A DNA stretch of 64,000 bases from assembly GCA_963802675.1 (NCBI GenBank), contig CAWDJL010000001.1, positions 4,112-68,111 of the forward strand. Reading direction: 5' to 3'. The notes under the pieces were generated by a model, which was not told the origin of the DNA, did no database searches, and saw only the letters and a program-made list of their open reading frames with translations. Source of the DNA: an uncultured Acidobacteriota bacterium (lineage in GTDB: Bacteria; Acidobacteriota; Vicinamibacteria; Vicinamibacterales; UBA2999). A program made the translations under genes and the position numbers. Shown piece after piece: positions 10,881-19,377 of the stretch. The stretch's first letter is position 1, and each line of letters starts with the position of its first letter.

Positions 10881-12437
10881 CTATCGCGTGAACATCCGCA
10901 GCATACGCTGCGTCACGAGAAACCCCCCAGCAATGTTGATCGACGCCAGCAGGATGGCTGCGGCACCAAGCAGGACCGGCGCCGACGTTGTCGGTCCGCT
11001 CACCGTCAGCATGCCCCCGACGACGATGATGCCGCTGATGGCGTTGGTGACGCTCATGAGCGGCGTGTGGAGCGCCGGCGTCACATTCCAGACCACCTGC
11101 CACCCCACGATGCAGGCCAGCGCAAAGACGGTCAGATGCGACAGGAATGCGGGCGGCGCAACGTAGCCGAGGGCGAAGAGTGCGGCCGCAGCGATGGCGA
11201 GAGTGCCGCTGAGGCCAAACGCGCTACCGCGGGGTTCAGGCTTCGCCCGGATGACCGGTGGCGAAGTCGTGGTCGTCGGTTTCGCCGGTGCGGGTGGCGG
11301 ATCCTCTTTTGGAGGTGGCCACACTACGGCACCGTCGTGTGTGATCAGCGAGTTGCGCACGACCTCGTTGTTGATGTCGATATGAAAGTTGGCGGCACCG
11401 CCGAGGTCGTCGAGCAGGTAGGCGAGGTTGTTGCCGTACAGCACGCTCGCGGTTGGCGCCAGGCGGCTGGGCAAGTCGATGTAGCCGATGATGTGCACGC
11501 CGTGTCGTTCGACCACCGCCCCTGGCTCGGTCAGTGCGCAGTTGCCGCCGTTCTCGGCCGCCAGATCGACAATGACCGATCCTTTCTTCATGCTCCGCAC
11601 CATCTCTTCGGTGATCAGGACAGGTGCGGGCCGATTCGGGACGAGCGCGGTCGTGATGATGATGTCAACGTCCTTCGCTTGTGCAGCGAAGAGCGCCATC
11701 TCGGCGGCGATGAACGCGGAACTCATCTCCTTGCCATAACCGCCGCCGCCTTCGCCCTCTTCTTCGATCTGGACCTCGAGAAACTCGGCGCCCACGCTCT
11801 TGACCTGGTCGCGAACCGCCGATCGCGTGTCGAACGCGCGCACAATCGCGCCCAGTCCGCGCGCCGCGCCGATTGCTGCCAACCCAGCGACTCCCGCGCC
11901 AATCACGAGAACCTTGGCCGGTGGCACTCGCCCGGCGGCGGTCATCTGGCCGGTGAAGAATCGGCCATAGAAGCTCGCCGCTTCGATGACTGAACGATAG
12001 CCAGCGATGTTGGCCATCGACGAGAGCGCGTCCATCTTTTGCGCGCGCGTGATACGAGGCACTTGATCGATGGCAATCGCCGTGACCTTGCCGGCCGCCA
12101 GGCGCTCGACGAGCGCTTTGTTCTTGCCCGGCCATAAAAAGCTGATCAGCGTTGCACCCGGCCGAATGAGGTCGGCCTCGTGCACCCCAAGGGTGGGATG
12201 CTGATCGGGCGGCTGCACCTTCAGAACGATGTCCGCGTCCTGCCAGAGTTGGCGAGTATCGGGAACGACGGTTGCTCCGGCCGCCTCGTAGTCGTCGTCG
12301 TAAAAGGATGCGTTGGAGCCAGCCTGCGACTCGACCTGAACCTCGAAGCCAAGCTTCTTCAGTCGGGCGATGGTCTCCGGCGTCCCGGCGACGCGGCGTT
12401 CGCCCGGGCGGGACTCTTTCGGAATGGCAATCTTCAT
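10881..12437 (-). CDS. pntA: NAD(P) transhydrogenase alpha subunit
   Basis: [37 protein letters not shown]. Confidence 0.97.
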   Translation of the reverse strand: MKIAIPKESRPGERRVAGTPETIARLKKLGFEVQVESQAGSNASFYDDDYEAAGATVVPDTRQLWQDADIVLKVQPPDQHPTLGVHEADLIRPGATLISFLWPGKNKALVERLAAGKVTAIAIDQVPRITRAQKMDALSSMANIAGYRSVIEAASFYGRFFTGQMTAAGRVPPAKVLVIGAGVAGLAAIGAARGLGAIVRAFDTRSAVRDQVKSVGAEFLEVQIEEEGEGGGGYGKEMSSAFIAAEMALFAAQAKDVDIIITTALVPNRPAPVLITEEMVRSMKKGSVIVDLAAENGGNCALTEPGAVVERHGVHIIGYIDLPSRLAPTASVLYGNNLAYLLDDLGGAANFHIDINNEVVRNSLITHDGAVVWPPPKEDPPPAPAKPTTTTSPPVIRAKPEPRGSAFGLSGTLAIAAAALFALGYVAPPAFLSHLTVFALACIVGWQVVWNVTPALHTPLMSVTNAISGIIVVGGMLTVSGPTTSAPVLLGAAAILLASINIAGGFLVTQRMLRMFTR

Positions 12438-12474
12438 CGTTATTGCGTCTTGCGGAGGATAACCTGAGTAAGGA

Positions 12475-12584
12475 ACTTACAAGTTACAAGTTACAAGTTC
12501 AAAGTTGAGTTCCACAGTTCCCGTACACAACAACGGCGCCCGAGGCGCCGTTGTTTGTAACTCGCAACTTGTAACTTGTAACTA
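12475..12584. repeat. Inverted heptamer arrays (ACAAGTT)n / (AACTTGT)n around a 12-bp hairpin
   Basis: Read directly; abuts the stop codon of the phosphatase gene. Confidence 0.8.
12529..12555. terminator. Intrinsic terminator-like hairpin
   Basis: AACAACGGCGCC-CGA-GGCGCCGTTGTT, perfect 12-bp stem. Confidence 0.6.
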
Positions 12585-13556
12585 CCGTTCCGGGTCGCTT
12601 GCCGCAAAGGCGCCCACGACCGGCGAACTCGACCATCCCGACGGGCGGTCGAGGCCCAGGAGGAACAGAGTCGTGGAGGCCGTGTCCATCGTCTGGACTT
12701 TCCATTCGGTCAGTCGTCCGCGCTTGACCCCTTCGCCCCATGCGATCCAGGGAATCGTCACGTCCCTGGGGTCGTCGCTGCCGTGACCGTACTCATGTCC
12801 GCCGTGGTCCGCGGTGACAATCAACGTGTATTGGCCTGCTCCAAATGCGATGTCACTGGCTGCGATCAAGCGGGTCATCGCCGCGTCCGCCTTCAGCACG
12901 CCCTTTCCATACCCCGCGCTCATCCAGCCCGATGCGTGACCGGCGGAATCCGGATCGGTGAGATGTACGAACAACAGGTTTGGTTTGGCCTCGAGCAGGT
13001 AGCGCTCGACATCTCCTATTGTTTGCGAGCCTGACCACTTGCCAAACCAGCCACCAGGCGCCTGCGTGTAGTCGAGCGTCCCCGGTTGCTGCAGATGGGA
13101 GAACTTCGACTTGCTGAAGAATGCAGCCGTCGAATAACCGTGTTCCCGCGCGACCCCAAAGATCGTGGGGATCTCAATCGTGCCAGGCTGGTCCTCGATG
13201 GCGTTGTTCCAAAGGACGCCATGTCGGTCCGGCGGCTCGCCGGTCAGCATCGACGTGTGTGACGGCAAGGTCTTGCTGGGAAGAATGGTTGTCGCCGAGA
13301 GCGTGTACGACCCTTCGTCAATCAAGCGCTGCAGCGTGGGGGCCTTGAACGCGGCGATGGCGTCAGGCCGGAGTCCGTCAATCGAGACCACGATGACGTT
13401 GTCGGTCACCCGCGAAGTCGACCATTCGACGTGCGATACCGGATTGCTGGGTGCCGTGATGTAGATTGGGCGGCCACAGGCGGCTACGAATAGTGCCGCA
13501 ACCATGGCGACACCAGTCATCAGACCGGGACTCGCGATAGCCTGTTTTCTGAACAT
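12582..13556 (-). CDS. Alkaline phosphatase / nucleotide pyrophosphatase family lipoprotein
   Basis: Lipobox VAAC, SIDGLRPD, KTLPSHTSMLTG, DSAGH, TADHGG. Confidence 0.88.
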   Translation of the reverse strand: MFRKQAIASPGLMTGVAMVAALFVAACGRPIYITAPSNPVSHVEWSTSRVTDNVIVVSIDGLRPDAIAAFKAPTLQRLIDEGSYTLSATTILPSKTLPSHTSMLTGEPPDRHGVLWNNAIEDQPGTIEIPTIFGVAREHGYSTAAFFSKSKFSHLQQPGTLDYTQAPGGWFGKWSGSQTIGDVERYLLEAKPNLLFVHLTDPDSAGHASGWMSAGYGKGVLKADAAMTRLIAASDIAFGAGQYTLIVTADHGGHEYGHGSDDPRDVTIPWIAWGEGVKRGRLTEWKVQTMDTASTTLFLLGLDRPSGWSSSPVVGAFAASDPER

Positions 13557-13611
13557 GAGACGCTATATCTAGGACGTCGAGCAGCTGAGGTTAGTTGGCT
13601 GACAAAGCCCT

Positions 13612-13645
13612 CCCTGTGCCCTGCGCCCTATGCCCTGTGCCCTAC
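13612..13645. repeat. Heptamer tandem array (CCCTRYG), about 5 units
   Basis: ccctgtg ccctgcg ccctatg ccctgtg ccctac, overlapping the rhomboid stop codon. Confidence 0.7.
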
Positions 13646-14409
13646 CGCGAAAACCCCACGCGCTGCGGTTGGTAGCCGTGATTCTCGTGCGCGAGCACCT
13701 GATTGCGGCGCGCGAAGACCTTCACTAGCACGACGCCCGCGACGAACCCGCCGACGTGCGCCCAGAACGCGACTCCGCCGCCAGCTTCAGCGTCGAGACT
13801 ATTGACCAGACCGCTGACCACCTGAATCCCCATCCAATAAATCAGCATGACCCAGGCGGGGAGGGCGACCGTCGTCACGAAGAAGCCGAGGATGACGAGC
13901 GTGAAGACGCGGACGCGCGGATAGAGCACCAGATAGGCGCCCATGACTCCGCTGATCGCGCCCGACGCACCGACCATGGGAATCGGCGAGTCTGGCTGCG
14001 CAAGGACCTGAGCGAGTGCCGCGGCGACACCGCAGATCACATAGAACGCGAGAAAGCGCGGGCGCGTCATCGAGTCCTCGATGTTGTTGCCAAAGAGCCA
14101 GAGGAACCACATGTTGCCAATCAGGTGCATCCACCCGCCATGAAGGAACATCGACGTGAAGATGTGCGAGCTTTGACGTCCCGGATCGGTCACGCACACG
14201 AGACCGTCTCCCATCGGGAAGCCGACGCCCGCGCGCAGCATGCCTGTCAGCTCGCCGGGAATCAGCCCGAGGTTGCAGACGGCCGTGGCGAGTGGCACAT
14301 TGGCGCCCGCACCTTGGACGAAGAGCCACGCGAGCGTGCACGCGGCGATCACCGCCATGGTCACGACGGCAGAGCGTTGCGTCTGGTTTTCGTCGTGGTA
14401 GGGGAACAC
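13642..14409 (-). CDS. Rhomboid family intramembrane serine protease
   Basis: HGGWMHLIGNM, GASG catalytic Ser, WAHVGG catalytic His. Confidence 0.93.
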   Translation of the reverse strand: MFPYHDENQTQRSAVVTMAVIAACTLAWLFVQGAGANVPLATAVCNLGLIPGELTGMLRAGVGFPMGDGLVCVTDPGRQSSHIFTSMFLHGGWMHLIGNMWFLWLFGNNIEDSMTRPRFLAFYVICGVAAALAQVLAQPDSPIPMVGASGAISGVMGAYLVLYPRVRVFTLVILGFFVTTVALPAWVMLIYWMGIQVVSGLVNSLDAEAGGGVAFWAHVGGFVAGVVLVKVFARRNQVLAHENHGYQPQRVGFSR

Positions 14410-14469
14410 GAGCCGATTGTAGGTGAAACACCGTCCGCGTAACGCAAAACCGACCCGGCCCGACAGTTG

Positions 14470-14985
14470 TCAGCCCGTTCGGAGCTTCGCAAGTGCTGCG
14501 CGTGCATCGTCCAGGGTCTTCTGGTCCGTCCCTTCGATTGATCCCGCCTCGTGCAGTGCTTCGAGAATGCGGATCGCCTCCGAGTAATCCGTGATGGATT
14601 CGGCAGCGTTCTTGAAGCGCCTGTAGGTCTCGGCCCGGGCGATGAGCGCGAGCGCGATCTGCAGCTCGATATTGGTTGGATCGCTCTTCGAGAGATCGCG
14701 ACTGAGGTTGATTGCGCGACTGTGACTATCGAGAGCGGCCGAACGATCGCCGGATTTGGCCTGAGCCGTGGCCAGCCCGGCGAAATCCGACGCGACTTCC
14801 TGGCGCCGCAACACTTTGATCGCGACGCGCCGCTGAAACGCATCGTCATTGCGGACCGCCAGAAAGACGGTCCCCATGCCGCCACTTCCAATCTCGCGAA
14901 TCAGGCGGTAGGGGCCCACCGTGATGCCCGAGAAGTCGGGGGCGTTGGGGTCCGCTGGGCGAGTGAGGTCGTCTGGAACGATCAA
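14470..14985 (-). pseudogene. Internally deleted Ser/Thr kinase-TPR gene
   Basis: Kinase subdomains I-II (GSGGMGTV, VAIK) join in frame directly to a TPR-like C-terminus; no HRD or DFG. Confidence 0.7.
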
Positions 14986-15058
14986 AGGCCGATGTCGAAA
15001 ACCTCCATTGTGACCGATCTAGCAGAAAAGCGATATGGTGTGACGGCAGGGAGGAACA

Positions 15059-15484
15059 ATGCTCAAGGAATTCCGCGATTTCATCAACCGTGGAAACGTA
15101 TTGGACCTGGCAGTGGCCGTCGTGATGGGTGTGGCCTTCGGTCGAATCGTGACCAACGTCGTGGAAGGCGTTCTGACACCGCCGTTGGGCATGGTGATGG
15201 GTGGCATCGACTTCTCGAGTCTGTTCTTGATTCTCGACAGCACCAAGGGAACGCCAGCGTCGCTGGCGCAGGCCAAGCAATTGGGGGTGCCGGTCATTGC
15301 CTATGGCGCGTTCATCAACGAAGTCATCAACTTTCTGATCGTTGCTTTCGCGGTGTTCCTCCTGGTGAAACAGGCAAATCGTTTCAAAGCTCCTTCGGCC
15401 GCGGCGACCAAAGCCTGTCCGAAGTGCCTGTCGAAGATTCCGCTGGGCGCCACCCGCTGCGCCTCCTGCTGCTCCGATCTGTGA
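15059..15484 (+). CDS. mscL: Large-conductance mechanosensitive channel with C-terminal Cys cluster
   Basis: MLKEFRDFINRGNVLDLAVAVVMG, YGAFINEVINFLIVAF; CPKC...CASC tail. Confidence 0.95.
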   Translation: MLKEFRDFINRGNVLDLAVAVVMGVAFGRIVTNVVEGVLTPPLGMVMGGIDFSSLFLILDSTKGTPASLAQAKQLGVPVIAYGAFINEVINFLIVAFAVFLLVKQANRFKAPSAAATKACPKCLSKIPLGATRCASCCSDL

Positions 15485-15544
15485 TCAGTGATCAGTGATC
15501 AGGTGATCAGGGATCAGGGATCAGGGATCAGGGATTAGGGATCG
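15481..15544. repeat. Heptamer array (GTGATCA)x4 (GGGATCA)x4-5
   Basis: Runs from the mscL stop to the four-helix-bundle stop. Confidence 0.9.
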
Positions 15545-15936
15545 AGGCTGGTCGGTGAAGTTCGCTCTTCGGCGAGACGCTGCTCGAGTGATGTTGCGAG
15601 TCCGTTCAGCATGCGTCCGACAGCAGACAGTCTCTGGAGGCTGCGCTCGACTCGAGCAGGCGACGCGTAACCGAGGCGTTGGCTAAGTTCGAGCTGGGTG
15701 AACAATTCGCCCTCAGAACCAAGAGCGATATCGATGTGATTGAGAAACACAGGGGTCGTGCGTCGGCTGGCACCTTCTGCGATATTCGATGGGATTGAGA
15801 TCGCGGTCCGGCGGGTCTGCGCGCTCAGCGTAAACCGCTCGTCCCGGGGGAAGTCGTCGGTCAGCTGATAGACGTTGACTACGAGGTCCATCGCGTGTTG
15901 CCAGACATGAAGTTCTCTGAAGTTGGTAATTGGCAT
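15535..15936 (-). CDS. Four helix bundle protein (23S rRNA-IVP / TIGR02436-like)
   Basis: FRELHVWQHAM, FPRDERFTLSAQTRRTAISIPSNIAEG, IALGSEGELFTQL; ATG at 15936. Confidence 0.93.
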   Translation of the reverse strand: MPITNFRELHVWQHAMDLVVNVYQLTDDFPRDERFTLSAQTRRTAISIPSNIAEGASRRTTPVFLNHIDIALGSEGELFTQLELSQRLGYASPARVERSLQRLSAVGRMLNGLATSLEQRLAEERTSPTSLDP

Positions 15937-16068
15937 GAGGCAACGAGCTTCAAGTTTCAGGCCGTCCGATTCCTGGAGCAAATCCGCTGTGGTGCATGCA
16001 GCAAGACCAACTTTTTTCCACTTCCATTGCTTTGAACCAGCTCAATTCCTGCGTACCTCGACTCCCAG

Positions 16069-16157
16069 CCACTGCTCACTACTGACCACCGATCACCGAC
16101 CACTGACCACTGGTTACTGACCCTGATCACTGACCACTGACCACCGATCACTGATTA
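16069..16157. repeat. Heptamer array (YGAYCAC), about 12 units; reverse complement of the 15481 array type
   Basis: tgaccac cgatcac cgaccac tgaccac ... tgatcac tgaccac tgaccac cgatcac; ends at the ATPase stop. Confidence 0.9.
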
Positions 16158-17306
16158 GAACGTTCGCCGGGCCACCCACTCACGGTAGAGAGAGTCGCTC
16201 ACGACATAGCCGCTCTCCCCTTTCAACACCACGTCCTGTCTTGCGAGTGCAGCCAATGCGGACTGGACGCTGGAGGCGCCCGGTAAACGGTAACGCGCCC
16301 GGACATCGGCCGAGAGCAGCTCCCGGCCATGCTCCAGCACCAGGGCGCGCAGGACCGCGCGTTGTGGAAGCGTGAGCCGCTGCCACGACTCCTCGAAGAT
16401 AGTGTTTTGCTCGCCAAGAAGCCGCGACAGCGTGAGATGCAGGTCTTCCAGTCCAGCCGTCCGTCGTCCCCCGGTTCGCACGTCGTCCCAAGTCTCGTGT
16501 GCGAGACGCTGCACGTCGTAGGGGACGTTCCCGGCCAATTCGATGATCGCATGACCCAGGCCAGGCTCGACGACGATGCCGCTCTTCGCAAACCGTGCGT
16601 CGAGGAACCTGGCGAAGGCGTCCGCGTCAATCTTCTCCAGACGCACCACGGGTCCCGCCTTGTAGAACGGCCGTCGCGGCCCGAGCATCCGTTCCATCAA
16701 CGACGGCTCCGAGCCGGCAAACACGTAGCCAACCTGCCGTTGCTCCTGGACCGCTGCACGCAGCGCCTGTTCGACGCTGCCGCCATCGAAGCTGGCAATC
16801 GTCTGAAACTCGTCCAGCGCGATCGCCAGTCGTCGATTGCGGGCGGCAGCAATTCGGCCTGGAAGCGCGAAAACCTCTGCGGCCAGCCGCGCGACCTCGC
16901 GGGAGGTTCGGACATTGGGGAAGGCGAGCGAGAACCTGGCATCGCCGGCGCCGGAGGCGTCGAATCGCAGTTCGGGGGTGATGCCTTGCAGCAGCTCGGT
17001 GGCCCACCGCCGCACGCGGGCCGCCGGCGTATCGGCCGACACGAGCGCGCGTGCGTACGACTCGAGGAACCCGATGTATGAGCTCGAGGCGGCGACCGTC
17101 ACTTCGATCGTGAGGATGCGCTGGCGCGCCAGGCCTCGCATCACGTCGCGGATCAGCGAGGACTTGCCATAACGACGAGGCGAAATCAGAAAGACCTTCT
17201 GCCCGGCGGCCAGGTCGCGACTGAGCCGGTCGCGCTCGCCCTCGCGATCGGCGAAGGCCCCAGCCGTAACGATCTCGCCGTAGACGAAAGGATTCTCCGA
17301 TGTCAT
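16155..17306 (-). CDS. P-loop ATPase (archaeal-ATPase-like) with probable C-terminal winged helix
   Basis: NPFVYG, SPRRYGKSS Walker A, IALDEFQ Walker B; alternative start at 17327. Confidence 0.85.
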   Translation of the reverse strand: MTSENPFVYGEIVTAGAFADREGERDRLSRDLAAGQKVFLISPRRYGKSSLIRDVMRGLARQRILTIEVTVAASSSYIGFLESYARALVSADTPAARVRRWATELLQGITPELRFDASGAGDARFSLAFPNVRTSREVARLAAEVFALPGRIAAARNRRLAIALDEFQTIASFDGGSVEQALRAAVQEQRQVGYVFAGSEPSLMERMLGPRRPFYKAGPVVRLEKIDADAFARFLDARFAKSGIVVEPGLGHAIIELAGNVPYDVQRLAHETWDDVRTGGRRTAGLEDLHLTLSRLLGEQNTIFEESWQRLTLPQRAVLRALVLEHGRELLSADVRARYRLPGASSVQSALAALARQDVVLKGESGYVVSDSLYREWVARRTF

Positions 17307-17345
17307 TACGCTGTTCTCCGTAATCATTACGTAGAATAGCGTAAT
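17305..17345. promoter_or_regulatory. Tandem palindromic operator over the ATPase start
   Basis: Two ATTACG-N8-CGTAAT boxes that together form a 41-bp inverted repeat with 2 mismatches. Confidence 0.55.
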
Positions 17346-17346
17346 C

Positions 17347-17466
17347 GGTCGGTGGCCAGCATCAGTGATCAGTGGCCGGTGATCAGTGGTCAGTGCCCTG
17401 GAGAGTGGTCAGAAGTCCGGACAGGGCGTGGCCCCTGATCACTGATCACTGAACACCGATCACTGG
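17347..17466. repeat. Inverted heptamer arrays (GTGRYCA)n / (TGATCAC)n with no enclosed gene
   Basis: Same unit as the 15481 and 16069 arrays, with a spacer of about 25 nt. Confidence 0.85.
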
Positions 17467-17473
17467 TTGGTGT

Positions 17474-17489
17474 TGGCACCCAACCTGCA
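17474..17489 (+). promoter_or_regulatory. Candidate sigma54 -24/-12 promoter
   Basis: TGGCAC-N5-CTGCA, about 40 nt upstream of ATG 17528. Confidence 0.5.
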
Positions 17490-17527
17490 GTAAAGCCCTG
17501 CGAACCGCGTTAACACGAGGTGTCTTC

Positions 17528-18157
17528 ATGATTCGATCTACTGCTGTGATGTTGTCGCTGGCCATGCTCGGGGCCGCAACCTATGCTGCCGAAGCGGGGA
17601 CAGGTTTGAAACCTGTCCCCGACGACCGGCAGGATCGCCGGGACCGCCGAGCGATAGCCCGTGAGCAGGGTGTGCCGCCAGGTCAGCTCCCACCGGCGAA
17701 TCTCTGTCGTGTCTGGTACGACAACCGCCCGAACGGTCAACAGCCGGCCGCAACCTATTGCCGCGAGGCCGAGCTGATTGCCTCGCGCAACCGCAATGCG
17801 CGTGTGATCTACGGTGAGAACGTCTACTCCGGTGACCCCGATCGCTATCCTGGTGATCGCGCCGTCTATCGTGATCGCGACGTCTACCGGGTGCCGGGCC
17901 GCAATCGCGACCCGTATGGCGATCGCTTGCGCTATACGACGCCGGCGTTCCAGACCGGGTATCGCGATGGCCTCGACAAGGGACGAGATGATGGTGACGA
18001 TAACGACCGCTTCGATGTCACACGGCACGACTGGTATCGATCGGCCACACGCGGGTACGAGAACGAGTACGGCAGCCGATCTTCCTATCAGACGATGTAT
18101 CGCGAGGGCTTCGAAGCGGGGTATGCCGACGGCTATCGTGCGGCGGATCGTAGGTAA
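17528..18157 (+). CDS. Secreted Arg/Asp/Tyr-rich hypothetical protein
   Basis: Signal peptide, GVPPGQLPP..LCRVWY motif, GYRDG/GYADG repeats. Confidence 0.7.
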   Translation: MIRSTAVMLSLAMLGAATYAAEAGTGLKPVPDDRQDRRDRRAIAREQGVPPGQLPPANLCRVWYDNRPNGQQPAATYCREAELIASRNRNARVIYGENVYSGDPDRYPGDRAVYRDRDVYRVPGRNRDPYGDRLRYTTPAFQTGYRDGLDKGRDDGDDNDRFDVTRHDWYRSATRGYENEYGSRSSYQTMYREGFEAGYADGYRAADRR

Positions 18158-18175
18158 CTTGTAAAGACGAATGAA

Positions 18176-18200
18176 AAGGGCCGCGCCCGCGGCCCTTGCT
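18176..18200 (+). terminator. Hairpin, possible terminator
   Basis: AAGGGCCGCG-CC-CGCGGCCCTT, 18 nt after the stop. Confidence 0.5.
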
Positions 18201-18299
18201 CTCCTGACAGACTGCCCTCTATTACCAAGGCCCAGCTTCGGTAAATTCGTTCGGGTCCGGGCGCCGTATATACTCCGCCAGAGTTATGAGGAGGAAATC

Positions 18300-19316
18300 G
18301 TGCGTCATCGTCTGCTCCTGACGTTGATCGGGATGGCAGCCATGACCGGATTGGTCATGGCGCAAGGGACCAGTCAGCGTCTCAATCCAGTCATCGAGCT
18401 TCTTACTCAGAAGAAGCCTGTTTTTGGTCTGTACGCGCCGAGCAATCGTCGGCCTGGCCGCCCCGGCGGCCCTGGTGGCGCGCCCGGAGCGCCGGCTACG
18501 CCGGCAGCGCCCGAAGCACCGCCCAAGTCGCCCATGGAACTCGCCAAAGACGCCGTGGCCTACAAGTCGAGCGACTTCGTGTTCGACGGCAGTATGGAAG
18601 GCGGTCTCGAACGCGCACTCCCTGCGTTCACGGCGCTCATGAGCGGTCTGCAGTCCGCAGGGGCACTCAGCAAGGCGCCTCATCGTCTGACGCATCCGGT
18701 CATCGTGAAGACGCCGGAGCTCGGCGAGCCCACGATCCATGCCGACATCGCACGACAGCTTGACCTTGGCGTCAGCGGGTTGATGTTGCCGAAGGCCGAG
18801 AGTGCCGATCAGGTTCGGCAGGCGATTGCCGCCATGCGCTTCAAGTCCAACGGCGGCACGCGTCCTGAGACCGTCGGCAACGCGCCCGCGTTCTGGGGAC
18901 TCTCGGAGGCGGAGTACAGGCGGCGCGCGGATGTGTGGCCCCTCAACCCGGCAGGAGAGCTGATCAACTGGACCATCATCGAAAGCAAAGAAGGCCTCGC
19001 GAAAGCGCGAGAAATCGCCGCGGTCAAGGGCATCGGCGTGTTGTGGCCAGGGGCCGGCACGTTGCGGGGCGTGTTTACGACCACCACCGCGTCCGGTGAG
19101 CGACAGTTCGACGAAAAAGGCTGGGAGGGCGCGATTCAACAAGTGCTGGCGGCGTGCAAGGAATTCAACGTCGCCTGCGGCTTTCCCGCGAATCCGAACG
19201 ACATCGAGATGCGCATGAAGCAGGGCTTCAGCGTGTTCGTCATGAACTGGGGCGAAGCCGGCTTCAAGGCCATCGACATTGGGCGCAAAGCATCCAATCG
19301 CGCGACGAACGACTAG
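18300..19316 (+). CDS. HpcH/HpaI aldolase / citrate lyase family protein with signal peptide
   Basis: LDLGVSGLMLP, IIESKEGL, GPG-like WPGAG; GTG start after GAGGAGG. Confidence 0.75.
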   Translation: MRHRLLLTLIGMAAMTGLVMAQGTSQRLNPVIELLTQKKPVFGLYAPSNRRPGRPGGPGGAPGAPATPAAPEAPPKSPMELAKDAVAYKSSDFVFDGSMEGGLERALPAFTALMSGLQSAGALSKAPHRLTHPVIVKTPELGEPTIHADIARQLDLGVSGLMLPKAESADQVRQAIAAMRFKSNGGTRPETVGNAPAFWGLSEAEYRRRADVWPLNPAGELINWTIIESKEGLAKAREIAAVKGIGVLWPGAGTLRGVFTTTTASGERQFDEKGWEGAIQQVLAACKEFNVACGFPANPNDIEMRMKQGFSVFVMNWGEAGFKAIDIGRKASNRATND

Positions 19317-19318
19317 TT

Positions 19319-19350
19319 CAGTGGCCGGTTGCCAGTGGCCAGTGGCCGGT
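19319..19350. repeat. Heptamer array (CAGTGGC), about 4 units
   Basis: cagtggc cggttgc cagtggc cagtggc cggt, directly after a stop codon. Confidence 0.65.
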
Positions 19351-19377
19351 GAAGACAACGTTGAGCGACAGGTCGTG

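Noticed and set aside
15535-15936. Avd of a diversity-generating retroelement, or a true 23S rRNA IVS
   Set aside because: No reverse transcriptase, no TR/VR pair and no rRNA sequence seen in the window
15481-17466. Heptamer arrays as a CRISPR array
   Set aside because: Units are 7 bp in tandem with no unique spacers, and there are no cas genes
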